Below are positions 50,401 through 58,013 of a stretch of 64,000 nt of DNA, piece after piece. Each line of letters begins with the position of its first letter. Positions within the stretch are counted from its first letter, which is position 1. The notes beneath the pieces are model-generated. The model was not told where the DNA came from. It saw only the letters and a program-made list of their open reading frames with translations, and ran no database searches. This stretch comes from an uncultured Gammaproteobacteria bacterium. GTDB lineage: Bacteria; Patescibacteriota; Patescibacteriia; Buchananbacterales; UBA6539. The stretch spans positions 55,306 through 119,305 of the forward strand of contig CAZINP010000004.1 in the NCBI GenBank assembly GCA_964540635.1. Direction: 5' to 3'. The position numbers were made by a program, and so were the translations under genes.

Positions 50401-51729
50401 AATTTTTACGGCTTAAGCAGTGATGATCCGGGCGCATTTTCGATTGTTTGGAATTTAATTTTTGGTAATCTTTTTAGTTCAATATTTGCCTTAGGCGAAG
50501 ATCCATCTTCTGATAGTATTGCTGATATAATTCAAGATGCAGTTGATTCTGGGGGATCAAATGAGTATTTATTAGAGGGACAGGGCGCTCTTGGGTCACT
50601 TGGTGCTGTTGGTTTAGTTTTAGGTAATCAGCTGGAAGCTTTTACTGGGAATTATTGTTCCCTGACGGATTTCCGTTGTCAGTCAGGAACAAATGATGGG
50701 TCGCGCTGTTGTTTCTTCTCTTCTTGTCAGGCAAAACAAAATGTCACTTATCGCTGCTTAGCCGGCCCGAATAAGGGCATGATCTGCGATCCGGATGAGG
50801 ATAACTGTGGTACTAGCGCCGACTGCAAAATTAGAACTGCAAACGAATCATATTTGCCAATTAACGATAATCAGCCCGGTGTTTTGCAGGCGGCTTTGCC
50901 ATGGAATCCACCAACAGGACTATGTACCAATAACAGCAGGCCGGAATTTGTTTGCAAATCAGGGCTTAATCGTAATAATTCATGCTTGTCCAACAATGAT
51001 TGTCCGAGCTTTGTTGGTGTTTGCATTAAGAATGCCCAAAAGGTTATGGTTTGCCGCGATAAGAATGGCGATGAAAGACCTTCAAGCGACTGTAATACTG
51101 AAGATGACAAAAATAAAGAATGCAGAACTGACGACGCGTCTTGTGTTCTTAAATCAGACATGACTACATTGGCGTCTTCGTTGTCGGGAATGGATTATTG
51201 CGCGGTAGCCCCGGCCGTTACATCCGTTAAGGTTAATAATGCCGCTAATGCCGAATTATCTTTGTATGGTGGTGACACGGCATCTCTTACCTTTACGGTT
51301 AAGATTAATCCTCAGCAGTTGCCTTTGACCAGCTATACCATTGACTGGGGTGATGCCAAGAAGACTTCACTTTCCGGTCAGTCTCTTTTAAGCCGTGAAA
51401 ATTCCACAAAACCGTTTTCAGCCAGCCATACCTATTCTTACTGGGAATTAAGGGCACTTGACTCAAAGAGCAGCGACGGAACTAATAGCGATGTGAAATG
51501 TCGCACCCGAGACGCTCAAGGCAAATGCTGCCACGCAAACGAAGATTTCTGCCGTGTTTTGCCCAGGGTTCAAATAATTGATAATTGGAACTGGTGCAAC
51601 AACGGTAACGGCCAAAGCGGTTATTATGGTTCAGACTGTGCGGCTGAAGCCCAAGATAACAAAACCAATCCGGCCGCGGCCGCTAATGCTTGGATGCCTT
51701 ACGCCAAGGAACTGCGCATATATCCTTAA
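41449..51729 (+). CDS. Giant (3426 aa) Cys-rich secreted/surface protein with repeated CBM4/9-like jelly-roll modules and a C-terminal membrane anchor
   Basis: A single uninterrupted ORF with an N-terminal signal/TM. Five modules begin with N(P/A)SFE...GW (aa ~790, ~990, ~1560, ~1975, ~2300). There are >150 Cys. A hydrophobic segment lies at aa ~2920-2960. A PKD-like YTIDWGD motif sits near the C-terminus. Confidence 0.75.
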   Translation: METENKNQIDKMEFGFYKKSITTTVLISMVFSVVMPALLFPLDPVLADNKMSPLPATQPGSAAAGAVPQPKLNSETINEANRAESVKVYDSSLISKVRETNTITSSFKKGVEVIADTFNTRDWSWESLKDAVYVASKEALNYLLNTFAYDVATWLASGDKGQQPMFFTDGWGPYLTNVLDEAGGVFLESLGQDWGNFNLCNPTVFNLKVSIGLGIAEMDKPKKPSCTITQMVNNWDKMISDGRILDNIDLMFDSKNNDFGITLDILGRHAEYKTQAALNATKDREEGQGAKSVSGKIADKIFTPAFLVRDEAQLMLAKGTVADEQVNYGDIFMNAVSNFINTLAGKLLDRIFKEGLAALSGSNSSNKDSDNSDLFDALRTGEEIGRNLYNLLTNQDDELYTGQTGTTLFAGKQASQERYSGLLRAGVKETGPYDVLTKFVVCQDPKNPGVDECVIDQKFRSAISKKITLRQAISEGLINGDAPFGYKAATIKEGIPYRTIVILRAHRIVPIGWELAARVANEFVPQETWTLNKLIENYNVLGSPFKGLVDPNWVLEVPLHYCKAQGYGAKILSDKIVAGTDANNDGDYDDASDLAPGRTVSREQYCADFQTCIQKSSDGGCLYYGYCTEEKPIWDLDGKECKSQFNTCLTFQKAGDKVVSYLENTLNYNNCSKENAGCQWYCNEFNTINNIWSCTAESEKVLKTCSQTSRDGQGVVGCITNASCEMNTGDTVCNDLVSGIKMVISQPCSNTTKWWNAATNKCTVSASCTIPKGGVYCQVGGCENLENLLPNPSFETASTTYDVPSPALGWYADTNYFKKVGSALDYIYRGKSSLRFYNAGTLVSENAISGNVLLKTGSYTLSGYIFNNLNVGEIKIAAINAAGSEIKSIALSTEGKQTWYQASFDFSVTADTQVRVKINVTDPNGNQVSGSAWFDNFRISQSCITNPITLTMVGDVEKSESKINFDRDVKTCPSDAAGCTEFISLQPNGSVNLVRNASFEDWLDGTPLPKGWRYGEHWSDSNNEISRYTPGVLGSNALLIKNGSDNHYRDFSTDPIVGMKPNTSYRVSFYVKTDDSVPGQNWYAEIISDNNPDYYCAQKTSQNCASVACDAGDTCISDWTPIDVGGRQKFTLTNNWRRIVFDVITTRSLGYDFKLSFDNALDENSTIIIDGVQIEEVDTRNPIASEFRNYGTSNLFNIKKAPDNLSCRGYTKTRPSPYVLPGVGYEQCVGDTLVWRKFCDGGENAGQPCGGTADCPGAECRPDSCSSVNPNECCHEIDAPICSNYSMLCQEDEVGCQLFTPVGQSGAGTKLSAVAQLTDYCPAECVGYEAFYQSATFLERQQTLEYFIPKTAKSCPASAVGCDEFTNLDEVAKGGEGKEYYQYLRLCQKPTEPAANCTSFYAWQGSDEAGYQLKSYLLKADTNNTPARAITDLSLLPDAWCSDKTLDATGLPECCNGPEDIITNPFCKELIGADSQISYRIYLNTISCSNDCHPYRKTVYGGSTADNQTNCTQTSGNWDSNLNACIYQAIPNEGLKCSSANAGCREYRGNTAGNVYIALSDTFETGTTVNWSNGVISSEALSVGGHSIRSYSNNLETIINDLGSVCNKDSATYDSQSNRCTTTTGDCSVAIGQRYCGVIGSSLTAGKMYIIGFWAKTSSDIRNLDLKLKTAGISDNTLGSVSINNDWAYYLIGPVTYDQTKDINLSSRLNFSSDGDFYLDNLIVKEVNNFVYAIKGSWNTPASCDTNPFLAEPIFAPQFMLGCKQYLDSDNLYHNLKSFSNLCREEAVGCQAMIDTYNSTSPFEVKAPFEDKLSTVTVPEDKLTYIVNRADVRCNAQYQGCQAFGVPTISYDSLSKPVVTGYSQAYLINDPDAYNSILCARGENGCDEYQSANGYSYFKDPGTQTCEWKLIPNKNKYGWFRTDMSSDTPNCPMVNPPVGQAHPDGSKGFVGLCPADQNTCTLFIDPISDISKNQIFNSDFYADVDNDKTPDGWIKSGSTVYQKVSLSHDTLYTFSVEVADKTSVGGLSVVLTNCLGLRSFDNSMVISGSTAQIPMDYIVGDTREINNLNNNRAYSARIYSPADMTCRLEISGLDGTNPKSDLNSKLSKVAFRETGQYYTLANTVDTLTCNGVVNPNNGCVLFNDRSYVNYHLGENDISYLSFDADASGVDDRGQPINNGLAVSNLGRMPGDSNSVLKVIPDRTCATWLACTGSVSETDEKNADKKYCTDLGLCDQADENGNCTNFVVTKEGNDRQTYFDRELIKNYSGFAQSGLAFESVAASLPGNFLPAEMQQVGGIAFSPSTNFETITAGDFRPYGWNLDCPQTTNPPVKNFLKTEWKREYAQVITNPVSAQQEGLSSAAPEGTAFVKLTGPYVISSEKIDVNGNTKYTVSAYINTEKLITGQARIVIEEYDLSSSVPIKTIGLSGPQLEQLRLDSSQKWTFKIAEFITETGASSIKIKLMNFNEKSDRFRNPCTNTEGRIHEILGSSYFDDIKVKPSLEVSRDSNGSIFVPPTCRVYPESDSLSCDYYSDKGYHFRGWLGYCLEPDPANSAQCLMWWPVELIQGGFISEEPSVAQRPLYYCLGAKESHYRYRQCVFEDGEMCASLKRPSSDKSARTRNIEWTVPGSWRVQSWQVEGLSVASSISDCGASDQCGINFGLFKLIKNPTIPNSYFGSGISADLVYDSDGLLEKIKFEIVGPNCLCADMDVVLQVVSSWCQYVAQTITPYGQNKAWWERVSNNSGQLFAVPGVGYTNLFDYPPFGALVPPYPVDNPAVWDLRSSGDTYFAPLRVEEPQTGNFADPYQARAGLPYACSQLSAAFGDTSCTLPTLNRATSSSIVYNKDVAQAQDSLKRIFAKSYETYQFQGDGVCKTSSDQVGGKECACPESTCGLEANVTFNTCKNTGAVCEVGQFACMDISDIGQTLIMFIVESGYTSGPNIVAMIVGAVVQVVLEFLTACSPKPCDSTCDAGEGQCIPLPQYLTNFYGLSSDDPGAFSIVWNLIFGNLFSSIFALGEDPSSDSIADIIQDAVDSGGSNEYLLEGQGALGSLGAVGLVLGNQLEAFTGNYCSLTDFRCQSGTNDGSRCCFFSSCQAKQNVTYRCLAGPNKGMICDPDEDNCGTSADCKIRTANESYLPINDNQPGVLQAALPWNPPTGLCTNNSRPEFVCKSGLNRNNSCLSNNDCPSFVGVCIKNAQKVMVCRDKNGDERPSSDCNTEDDKNKECRTDDASCVLKSDMTTLASSLSGMDYCAVAPAVTSVKVNNAANAELSLYGGDTASLTFTVKINPQQLPLTSYTIDWGDAKKTSLSGQSLLSRENSTKPFSASHTYSYWELRALDSKSSDGTNSDVKCRTRDAQGKCCHANEDFCRVLPRVQIIDNWNWCNNGNGQSGYYGSDCAAEAQDNKTNPAAAANAWMPYAKELRIYP

Positions 51730-51735
51730 TAAAAT

Positions 51736-54700
51736 ATGAAAAATATTTTAAGAAAAATCAAAAGAAATAATTGGCACAAAAAGTTTTTCATTTTTTGCTT
51801 GCTTTTAGGTATTAGTTTGATTTTTGTTAATTCTGCTTTTGCCCAAGCCGGAGCAGCAGCCGGAGCCGCAGCAGCGGCTGTTAATACCCCGGAAGACACG
51901 GAGCCGGGCGTAATTGCCAATTTTGTTTATCAATTTTTTGTCGGAGTTTTTGCCGGGATAATCCGTTTTGAGGGCTGGATTCTGGTGATTTTAACCAGAA
52001 TTTTTATTGGAATTGCAAAATATAACGGCTTTGTCAATTCACCGGCCGTGGTTACTGGCTGGACTCTGGTCAGAGATGTGGCCAACATGTTTTTTATATT
52101 GGTAATGTTGGCTATTGCCTTAGGTACGATTTTGCATATTGAATCTTACAACTTCAAACGGCTTTTACCTAAAGTTTTGATCATGGCTGTTTTAGTTAAT
52201 TTTAGCCGTACAATTTGTGGTCTAGCCATTGATTTTGCCCAGGTGATAATGATGACTTTTGCTGTTGGTTTTGCCAGTATCGTCGGGGCGGGTGATTTAA
52301 TGGCGACCTTACACATTACTGAAATGCTTAATGCTTCAGCTCATCTTGATAAAGATTATAGCATTGACTGGAGTGGTGCTTTTGTTACCGGTTTATTGGC
52401 AGTTATTCTTTTATTGGTGGCGGTGATTACAGTTTTGGTTATGGTAGTTGTGATCACTATGCGTATGATAATGCTTTGGTTGTTGGTAGTACTATCACCT
52501 CTACCATTTGTTTTAACCGCTTTTCCGGCCGGTCAAAAATATGCTCAGCAATGGACGCAAGAGTTTTTTAAATATGTCATTGTCGGTCCGGTTTTGGCTT
52601 TCTTTTTATGGCTTTCCCTGGCGGTTTCTTCTACCGGTAAATTGGATGGTATGATTAATGACAATACCGTGACATCGGAATTGAGCAATGAAAATCTTCA
52701 GAGAGGTGAAAATTTTACTGAATACACTAGTCAACAAAGGAATACGGCGGTTTTTACCGCCATTGGTAATCCTGATAATTTTTTGGCTTTTTTGATAGGT
52801 ATTGGTATGCTGCTTGGCGGTTTGATGATTACCCAGCAGCTGGGTGTGGCCGGCGGGGCGTTTGCCGGACAGATGTCTAATGCTATCAGGCAAAAAGGTT
52901 TATCTGCAATTTTAGCGCCGGCTAAATTGGGCAAATGGGGAGCGGGTCAGGCTTGGGCCGGAACCAAGATTGCCGCCAAATCTCCTTTTCAATATATTGG
53001 CCGTAGGGTTAATGAAGGAATCTCTGAAGGCAGGATTAGCGCTCTTTGGAATCCGGCGGCAATGGTTAGGGGTTGGCAAGCCAGAAGAAAAGAATTATAT
53101 GAGGGTTCAGAACAAGCAGCAACGGCCGGTGCCCAAGAATGGATTGAAAAGAAATTTACCGGAACCTCAATGCCAAGAAGATCAATGTTGGCTCACTCGG
53201 AAGAGTCTAAGTTTGCCAAGGAATTTAGCTTTATGAATAAGAATGAAATGGCTAAAACGGCAATTGATTTACTGGAAGCGCCTGATACGGCTGAAGTCAG
53301 ATCAAAACGTCGCGCTTTAATTCGGGCGGCCGGGGAGCAGGGTTATATTGATGATATTATGGGTACTAAAGAAATGATTGATCATGTTAAGAAATCTTTT
53401 AATGATGCTTATAATGGCACTGGTCAATTTGCAGGCGATAGCGACGAGGTCAAAGAGGCCCGCAGAAAATATTTTGATGAATCTGATATTAAGAATAGAG
53501 TGGATAATGGCGAATGGCACGGTTTTGATCAGGTTCATATGTTTTTGGAGAGTTTTGTTGGACGTGATCGTAATGGAAAATCAAATGAGGATGGGCTAAA
53601 CACGATTGATTCTCTGGAAGAAATCGGTATGCGTATTGGTCACGCCGAATACGCCGGCCATGCCAGTTACGATGCTAAAAAGGGTACAATGGTTATGACG
53701 ACTCTGCAAAAAGGCGACTTTAATGCCCATCAAAAAGCCGAAACTGAGTTTAACAAATTAAAAGGCCGCAATCGTATTCCAACTGCGCCCCATGCTTTGT
53801 TTAATTTTAACAGCGACAAAAAAGGCAATTTTTTTGCTTCGCTTGATCGATATTCTCTATCGAATATGATCATGGCTTTTAAGGGTCAGGGTAAGAATAT
53901 TGCCGAACACGGCCAAAACCGCAACTTGAACGTCTTATTTGGCGGTGAAATGTCCGGCATGATATGGTCAAAAGATAAAAGTGGCAAGGTTGAAACTCGT
54001 GAAGTTAAAGATGCCAACGGTAAAAAAGTCGGTGAAACAAAAGTTGTCGATCTGACCAGATTAAGCGGCGAGGCTTTAAAAAAACAATTGGAAACCATGG
54101 CCGCCTTTATGTCAATTGCCGATAAAGACGGCGTTTCGGCTGCTTGGAAAAAAGTGGGTGGTGACGGAGAAACCGCTCATTTTAAGATTAAAGGGGAAAA
54201 TGGCGAGGATGAATATATTGATCACAAGACTTTAATGGACAGGTATCCGATTAATGAGACGCTGAGTCAACTCGGTAGTACTGAAGAAGAGGTGGCTCAA
54301 TCAGTTGATCAATCAGCTGGCGCCGGTTCAAATGTTCCAAACGAAGATGAAGACGAAGTTTGGGATAATTTACCAGATGAAGAAAAGAACAGTAGATTTG
54401 TAAATGCTATGCAAGAAATGAATGATGAGAGAAGGGCTCAAGGTGCAGCGCCGGTTGCTGATCGAGATGAAGTGATAAAATATGCTAAAGAAAAAGCCTA
54501 TAAAGAAACTATTTTGAGAGAAACGGCTGATAGCGCCCAGAATCCAGAAGATTTTGCGAATTTGGGCAATTCAATATCTCAAGCCCTAAGAGACGGCTTG
54601 GACTCTCAAGGTATTATTAATGCTGTCAACGGCTTGGAGCGTATTTTAAACAACCTTAATTCTCAAATCAACGGCCTTTCCGAGGGCAGGACCAAAAATT

Positions 54701-54891
54701 CGGCTGAAAGTGATTTTGATAAACTTTCTAGGTCTTTTGGAAATTTCCGTTCAGCGGCTGAAGTTGGCAATCAGAATCAGGTTGATACACTGCTTAGAGC
54801 CATAAATAAATCGGTTAAAGACTTGGCCTTCAAAGTAAAACAAGAAGAGGGTGGCAATCAAGCTCAAGATAATAGGCCGGATAATACCTAA
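51736..54891 (+). CDS. VirB6/TrbL-like polytopic membrane protein with a ~700-aa hydrophilic C-terminal extension
   Basis: A signal peptide is followed by 6-8 TM helices in the first ~300 aa and then a long charged tail. It is coupled 7 nt after the giant gene. The VirB6 assignment rests on topology and context. Confidence 0.5.
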   Translation: MKNILRKIKRNNWHKKFFIFCLLLGISLIFVNSAFAQAGAAAGAAAAAVNTPEDTEPGVIANFVYQFFVGVFAGIIRFEGWILVILTRIFIGIAKYNGFVNSPAVVTGWTLVRDVANMFFILVMLAIALGTILHIESYNFKRLLPKVLIMAVLVNFSRTICGLAIDFAQVIMMTFAVGFASIVGAGDLMATLHITEMLNASAHLDKDYSIDWSGAFVTGLLAVILLLVAVITVLVMVVVITMRMIMLWLLVVLSPLPFVLTAFPAGQKYAQQWTQEFFKYVIVGPVLAFFLWLSLAVSSTGKLDGMINDNTVTSELSNENLQRGENFTEYTSQQRNTAVFTAIGNPDNFLAFLIGIGMLLGGLMITQQLGVAGGAFAGQMSNAIRQKGLSAILAPAKLGKWGAGQAWAGTKIAAKSPFQYIGRRVNEGISEGRISALWNPAAMVRGWQARRKELYEGSEQAATAGAQEWIEKKFTGTSMPRRSMLAHSEESKFAKEFSFMNKNEMAKTAIDLLEAPDTAEVRSKRRALIRAAGEQGYIDDIMGTKEMIDHVKKSFNDAYNGTGQFAGDSDEVKEARRKYFDESDIKNRVDNGEWHGFDQVHMFLESFVGRDRNGKSNEDGLNTIDSLEEIGMRIGHAEYAGHASYDAKKGTMVMTTLQKGDFNAHQKAETEFNKLKGRNRIPTAPHALFNFNSDKKGNFFASLDRYSLSNMIMAFKGQGKNIAEHGQNRNLNVLFGGEMSGMIWSKDKSGKVETREVKDANGKKVGETKVVDLTRLSGEALKKQLETMAAFMSIADKDGVSAAWKKVGGDGETAHFKIKGENGEDEYIDHKTLMDRYPINETLSQLGSTEEEVAQSVDQSAGAGSNVPNEDEDEVWDNLPDEEKNSRFVNAMQEMNDERRAQGAAPVADRDEVIKYAKEKAYKETILRETADSAQNPEDFANLGNSISQALRDGLDSQGIINAVNGLERILNNLNSQINGLSEGRTKNSAESDFDKLSRSFGNFRSAAEVGNQNQVDTLLRAINKSVKDLAFKVKQEEGGNQAQDNRPDNT

Positions 54892-54902
54892 AAAAATATA
54901 AA

Positions 54903-56144
54903 ATGATTGATCAGCGTTTAGAAAAAATAAAAACATATTCAGCCGAAGCCCTCTTTGATGAAACAGTATATGAAATGGTTAGCGGTTTTGTCGATGATTT
55001 GATTTCTAATATGCAAATTGGGGAGGCAAAAGAGCTATTTTTCTTTTTGACTAATCTTTTGGCTAAGGTTCCAATATCGTTGGAAACCGCCAATTGGCGT
55101 AAAAAGTATGAATCAGTTATTTCAAAAATAAGATGGATTGCTTTTCCGTTTATATCAGATCAGGATGTTGAAAAGCTTTTTAGTAACCAATTAATTGAAG
55201 CGATTAAGAATGAGTACGATATTCAAAATAAGATCTATGGATATTTTAGAATCAGTCTTGGTGATGAAGTTGCGATCTCGTCCAAAAGAAGACTGATCTT
55301 GAGTTCCTTAAAGAATAATAATGAAGATATCGGTAAAAAAGAGATAGTTATACCCGGGATTGATGCTAAATTTCCGTCTCAAATTAAAAACTGGATAAGG
55401 GATTTTGAGCAGTCAAGCTCAAGGGAAAAAAGGATAAAGAGAATTGCAATTTTGGAATATTTGAATTTGAGCAATAATTTAAAAGGACTATCGGTTTCGG
55501 ATAGAGATATATTGCGTCAAATTTTGGAAATATATGAAGATTTAAGATTTGTTTTTATCGATCGTGAAAACGTTGAGGCCGTACATATCTTACCCGAATT
55601 TTTACGCGATACTAACGGCGATATCCGAAATAATAATAAAGAAGAAATTGAATTGAATCAAAATATTATTCTTGCCGCCTATCAGGGAGATATGAAACAA
55701 CAAAAAGCGATTGAGGCTCAGCAACAAAAGTTGAAAAGTTCGGTTGGAACAGACCCGAGTCGTTTACAAGCTGAATTTTATAAATCGGTCCAAAATCAAG
55801 ATTTAAATGGAACGGTCGCGGCCATAAAACTACTCGCCCTCAATAATCAACTTTTGGATTTTATAAAAAATGATCAAAAATTAAATAAATTTTTAACCGC
55901 CACTTGGCTTAAGCTTTACGGTCAGGCTGTGGCCGATGAATTTGCCAAAAATCCAATCCAGCCCAAGTTTGTCAGATTGTTTTTGAAGTATGTGCTATTT
56001 GAACGTTTGAAAATGAGCGAATCAGATGCGGGTCGAATCGCTTTGCAAATCGGCAATATTTTGGTTTCACAGGGTAAATTAGAGTATAATCGAATGGCAT
56101 ATTTTGATGTAGCTGGCAGGCAATTCAAGTGGTTTGAAGATTAG
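54903..56144 (+). CDS. Hypothetical cytoplasmic protein (413 aa), last gene of the operon
   Basis: Only the ORF and its tight coupling support it. No recognisable motifs. Confidence 0.4.
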   Translation: MIDQRLEKIKTYSAEALFDETVYEMVSGFVDDLISNMQIGEAKELFFFLTNLLAKVPISLETANWRKKYESVISKIRWIAFPFISDQDVEKLFSNQLIEAIKNEYDIQNKIYGYFRISLGDEVAISSKRRLILSSLKNNNEDIGKKEIVIPGIDAKFPSQIKNWIRDFEQSSSREKRIKRIAILEYLNLSNNLKGLSVSDRDILRQILEIYEDLRFVFIDRENVEAVHILPEFLRDTNGDIRNNNKEEIELNQNIILAAYQGDMKQQKAIEAQQQKLKSSVGTDPSRLQAEFYKSVQNQDLNGTVAAIKLLALNNQLLDFIKNDQKLNKFLTATWLKLYGQAVADEFAKNPIQPKFVRLFLKYVLFERLKMSESDAGRIALQIGNILVSQGKLEYNRMAYFDVAGRQFKWFED

Positions 56145-56213
56145 GGGATATTTCAAAATATGGTAGTTTGATGTATTCAACATAGCGCGAATAATTATTT
56201 AATAATTTCGCAT

Positions 56214-56642
56214 ATGTTGAAAGCGCCAAATCTCAAATTACAAGTTACAAACAAATTAAAAATACCAAGCACCGTAAATGATAATTCAAAATATTATGAT
56301 TTGGAGTTAAGAACCTTGGAATTTGGAAAGAGAATTATTAGAATGAGCCGGGCATTATCTGTCAATCCTGTTAATCGAGTATTGATAAATCAAATTGTTC
56401 GTTCCGGGACTTCTATCGGCGCAAATTATCGTGAGGCAAACGAGACTGAAACCAAAAAAGATTTTCTATTCAGGTTGAGAATAGCAAGGAAAGAAGCGAA
56501 AGAAACAATTTATTGGTTGAATTTGATTATTGAGGCAAATGTTGGCTTGGAGTTAAGAATCAAGCCATTGGTTGTTGAAGGTCAAGAGTTATTAAGAATA
56601 TTGGCTGCAATTATTGAAAAGTCAAAGCATAAAAAAGTTTGA
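56214..56642 (+). CDS. Four-helix-bundle protein (23S rRNA intervening-sequence protein family)
   Basis: SGTSIGANYREANE...FLFRLRIARKEAKETIYWLNL matches the family signature. The gene is flanked by inverted AAATCTCAAAT repeats. Confidence 0.6.
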   Translation: MLKAPNLKLQVTNKLKIPSTVNDNSKYYDLELRTLEFGKRIIRMSRALSVNPVNRVLINQIVRSGTSIGANYREANETETKKDFLFRLRIARKEAKETIYWLNLIIEANVGLELRIKPLVVEGQELLRILAAIIEKSKHKKV

Positions 56643-56807
56643 GTTTGGAATTTTTAGCTTGTTGCTTGTTTGGAAATTGAGATTTGAGATTTAAAATTTT
56701 GTATAAAAATCTATTAATTATTAATAATAAAGATTATTTACCTGCTTTATTTGGGGAAACAGGCTAAGCGCCGCTATTGGGGAAGACGGCTAAGAAAGGA
56801 TAAAAAC

Positions 56808-57983
56808 ATGATTGGTAAAAAACAAAAAACTTACATTTTTACTTCGGAATCTGTTACCGAAGGTCATCCGGATAAGATCTGTGATCAAATTTCGGACGGA
56901 ATCTTAGATGCGGCTTTGGCCGACGATCCAAATTCCAGAGTCGCCATTGAAACATTGGTTACGACCGGTTTGGTCGTCGTGGCCGGTGAAATGACAACCT
57001 CAACCTATATTGACGTGCCAAAAGTTGTCAGGGGAATTATTAAAGATATCGGTTATACCGACCCAAGCATTGGTTTTGATTGGGAGAATTGTGCCGTTGT
57101 TACCTCAATTGATGCGCAAAGTCAAGATATTTCTCAGGGTGTTAGCGAAGGAGAAGGAATGTTTAAGGAACAAGGCGCGGGAGATCAGGGGATGATGTTT
57201 GGGTATGCCACCAAAGAAACGCCGGAATTTATGCCCTTGCCGATTGTTTTGGCCCATAAGCTAACTCAAAAATTAGCAGAAGTCAGAAAATCCGGACAAC
57301 TTTTGTGGTTGCGCCCGGACGGTAAAGCTCAGGTGAGCATTGAATACCAAGACGGTAAACCTAAGCGAATAGATTCGGTTGTTCTTTCCACTCAGCATAC
57401 TGAAGATGTTGAGCACGATACGATTGAAAAAGAAATTAAAGAGAAGGTGATTAATCCGGTTTGTGCCGAATGGCTTGATGAAAAAACCAAATATTACATT
57501 AATCCAACCGGAAGATTTGTTATTGGTGGGCCTCATGGCGACACCGGTGTTACCGGTCGTAAAATTATTGTTGACACCTATGGCGGACACGGTTCGCATG
57601 GCGGCGGCGCTTTCTCGGGCAAAGATCCGTCAAAAGTTGATCGTTCTGCCGCTTATATGGCAAGATACATCGCTAAAAATATTGTAGCCGCGGGTTTGGC
57701 CGATTCTTGTGAAGTTCAAATTGCCTATGCGATTGGCGTAGCTGAACCGATTTCACTTTTAGTTAATACGGACAATACAGCAGCAGTTTCTGAGGAGAAA
57801 ATCGCCGAAGCGGTAAGAAAAGTTTTTCCTCTGAAACCGGCTGAATTAATTGAGCATTTAAAATTACGCCGACCGATATTCAGAAAAACAACTTGCTATG
57901 GTCATTTTGGCCGAACCGACCAAGATTTCACTTGGGAAATGGTTGATAAGGTTGAGGCCTTAAAAAAAGAGCTCGGAGTTTAG
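56808..57983 (+). CDS. metK: S-adenosylmethionine synthetase
   Basis: Motifs [20 protein letters not shown] and GGGAFSGKD are present. The start is trimmed to the ATG at 56808, which has an AAGGA RBS. Confidence 0.9.
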   Translation: MIGKKQKTYIFTSESVTEGHPDKICDQISDGILDAALADDPNSRVAIETLVTTGLVVVAGEMTTSTYIDVPKVVRGIIKDIGYTDPSIGFDWENCAVVTSIDAQSQDISQGVSEGEGMFKEQGAGDQGMMFGYATKETPEFMPLPIVLAHKLTQKLAEVRKSGQLLWLRPDGKAQVSIEYQDGKPKRIDSVVLSTQHTEDVEHDTIEKEIKEKVINPVCAEWLDEKTKYYINPTGRFVIGGPHGDTGVTGRKIIVDTYGGHGSHGGGAFSGKDPSKVDRSAAYMARYIAKNIVAAGLADSCEVQIAYAIGVAEPISLLVNTDNTAAVSEEKIAEAVRKVFPLKPAELIEHLKLRRPIFRKTTCYGHFGRTDQDFTWEMVDKVEALKKELGV

Positions 57984-58013
57984 TCAAAGTTTAATGGCTT
58001 TGGGAGGAAAAAT

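Noticed and set aside
41449-51729. Dozens of 60-150-aa ORFs on both strands inside the giant gene, and similarly inside ppdK, uvrA, leuS and the VirB6-like gene
   Set aside because: They are shadow ORFs. They lie antisense or out of frame within long genes that have clear homology or continuous coding signal.
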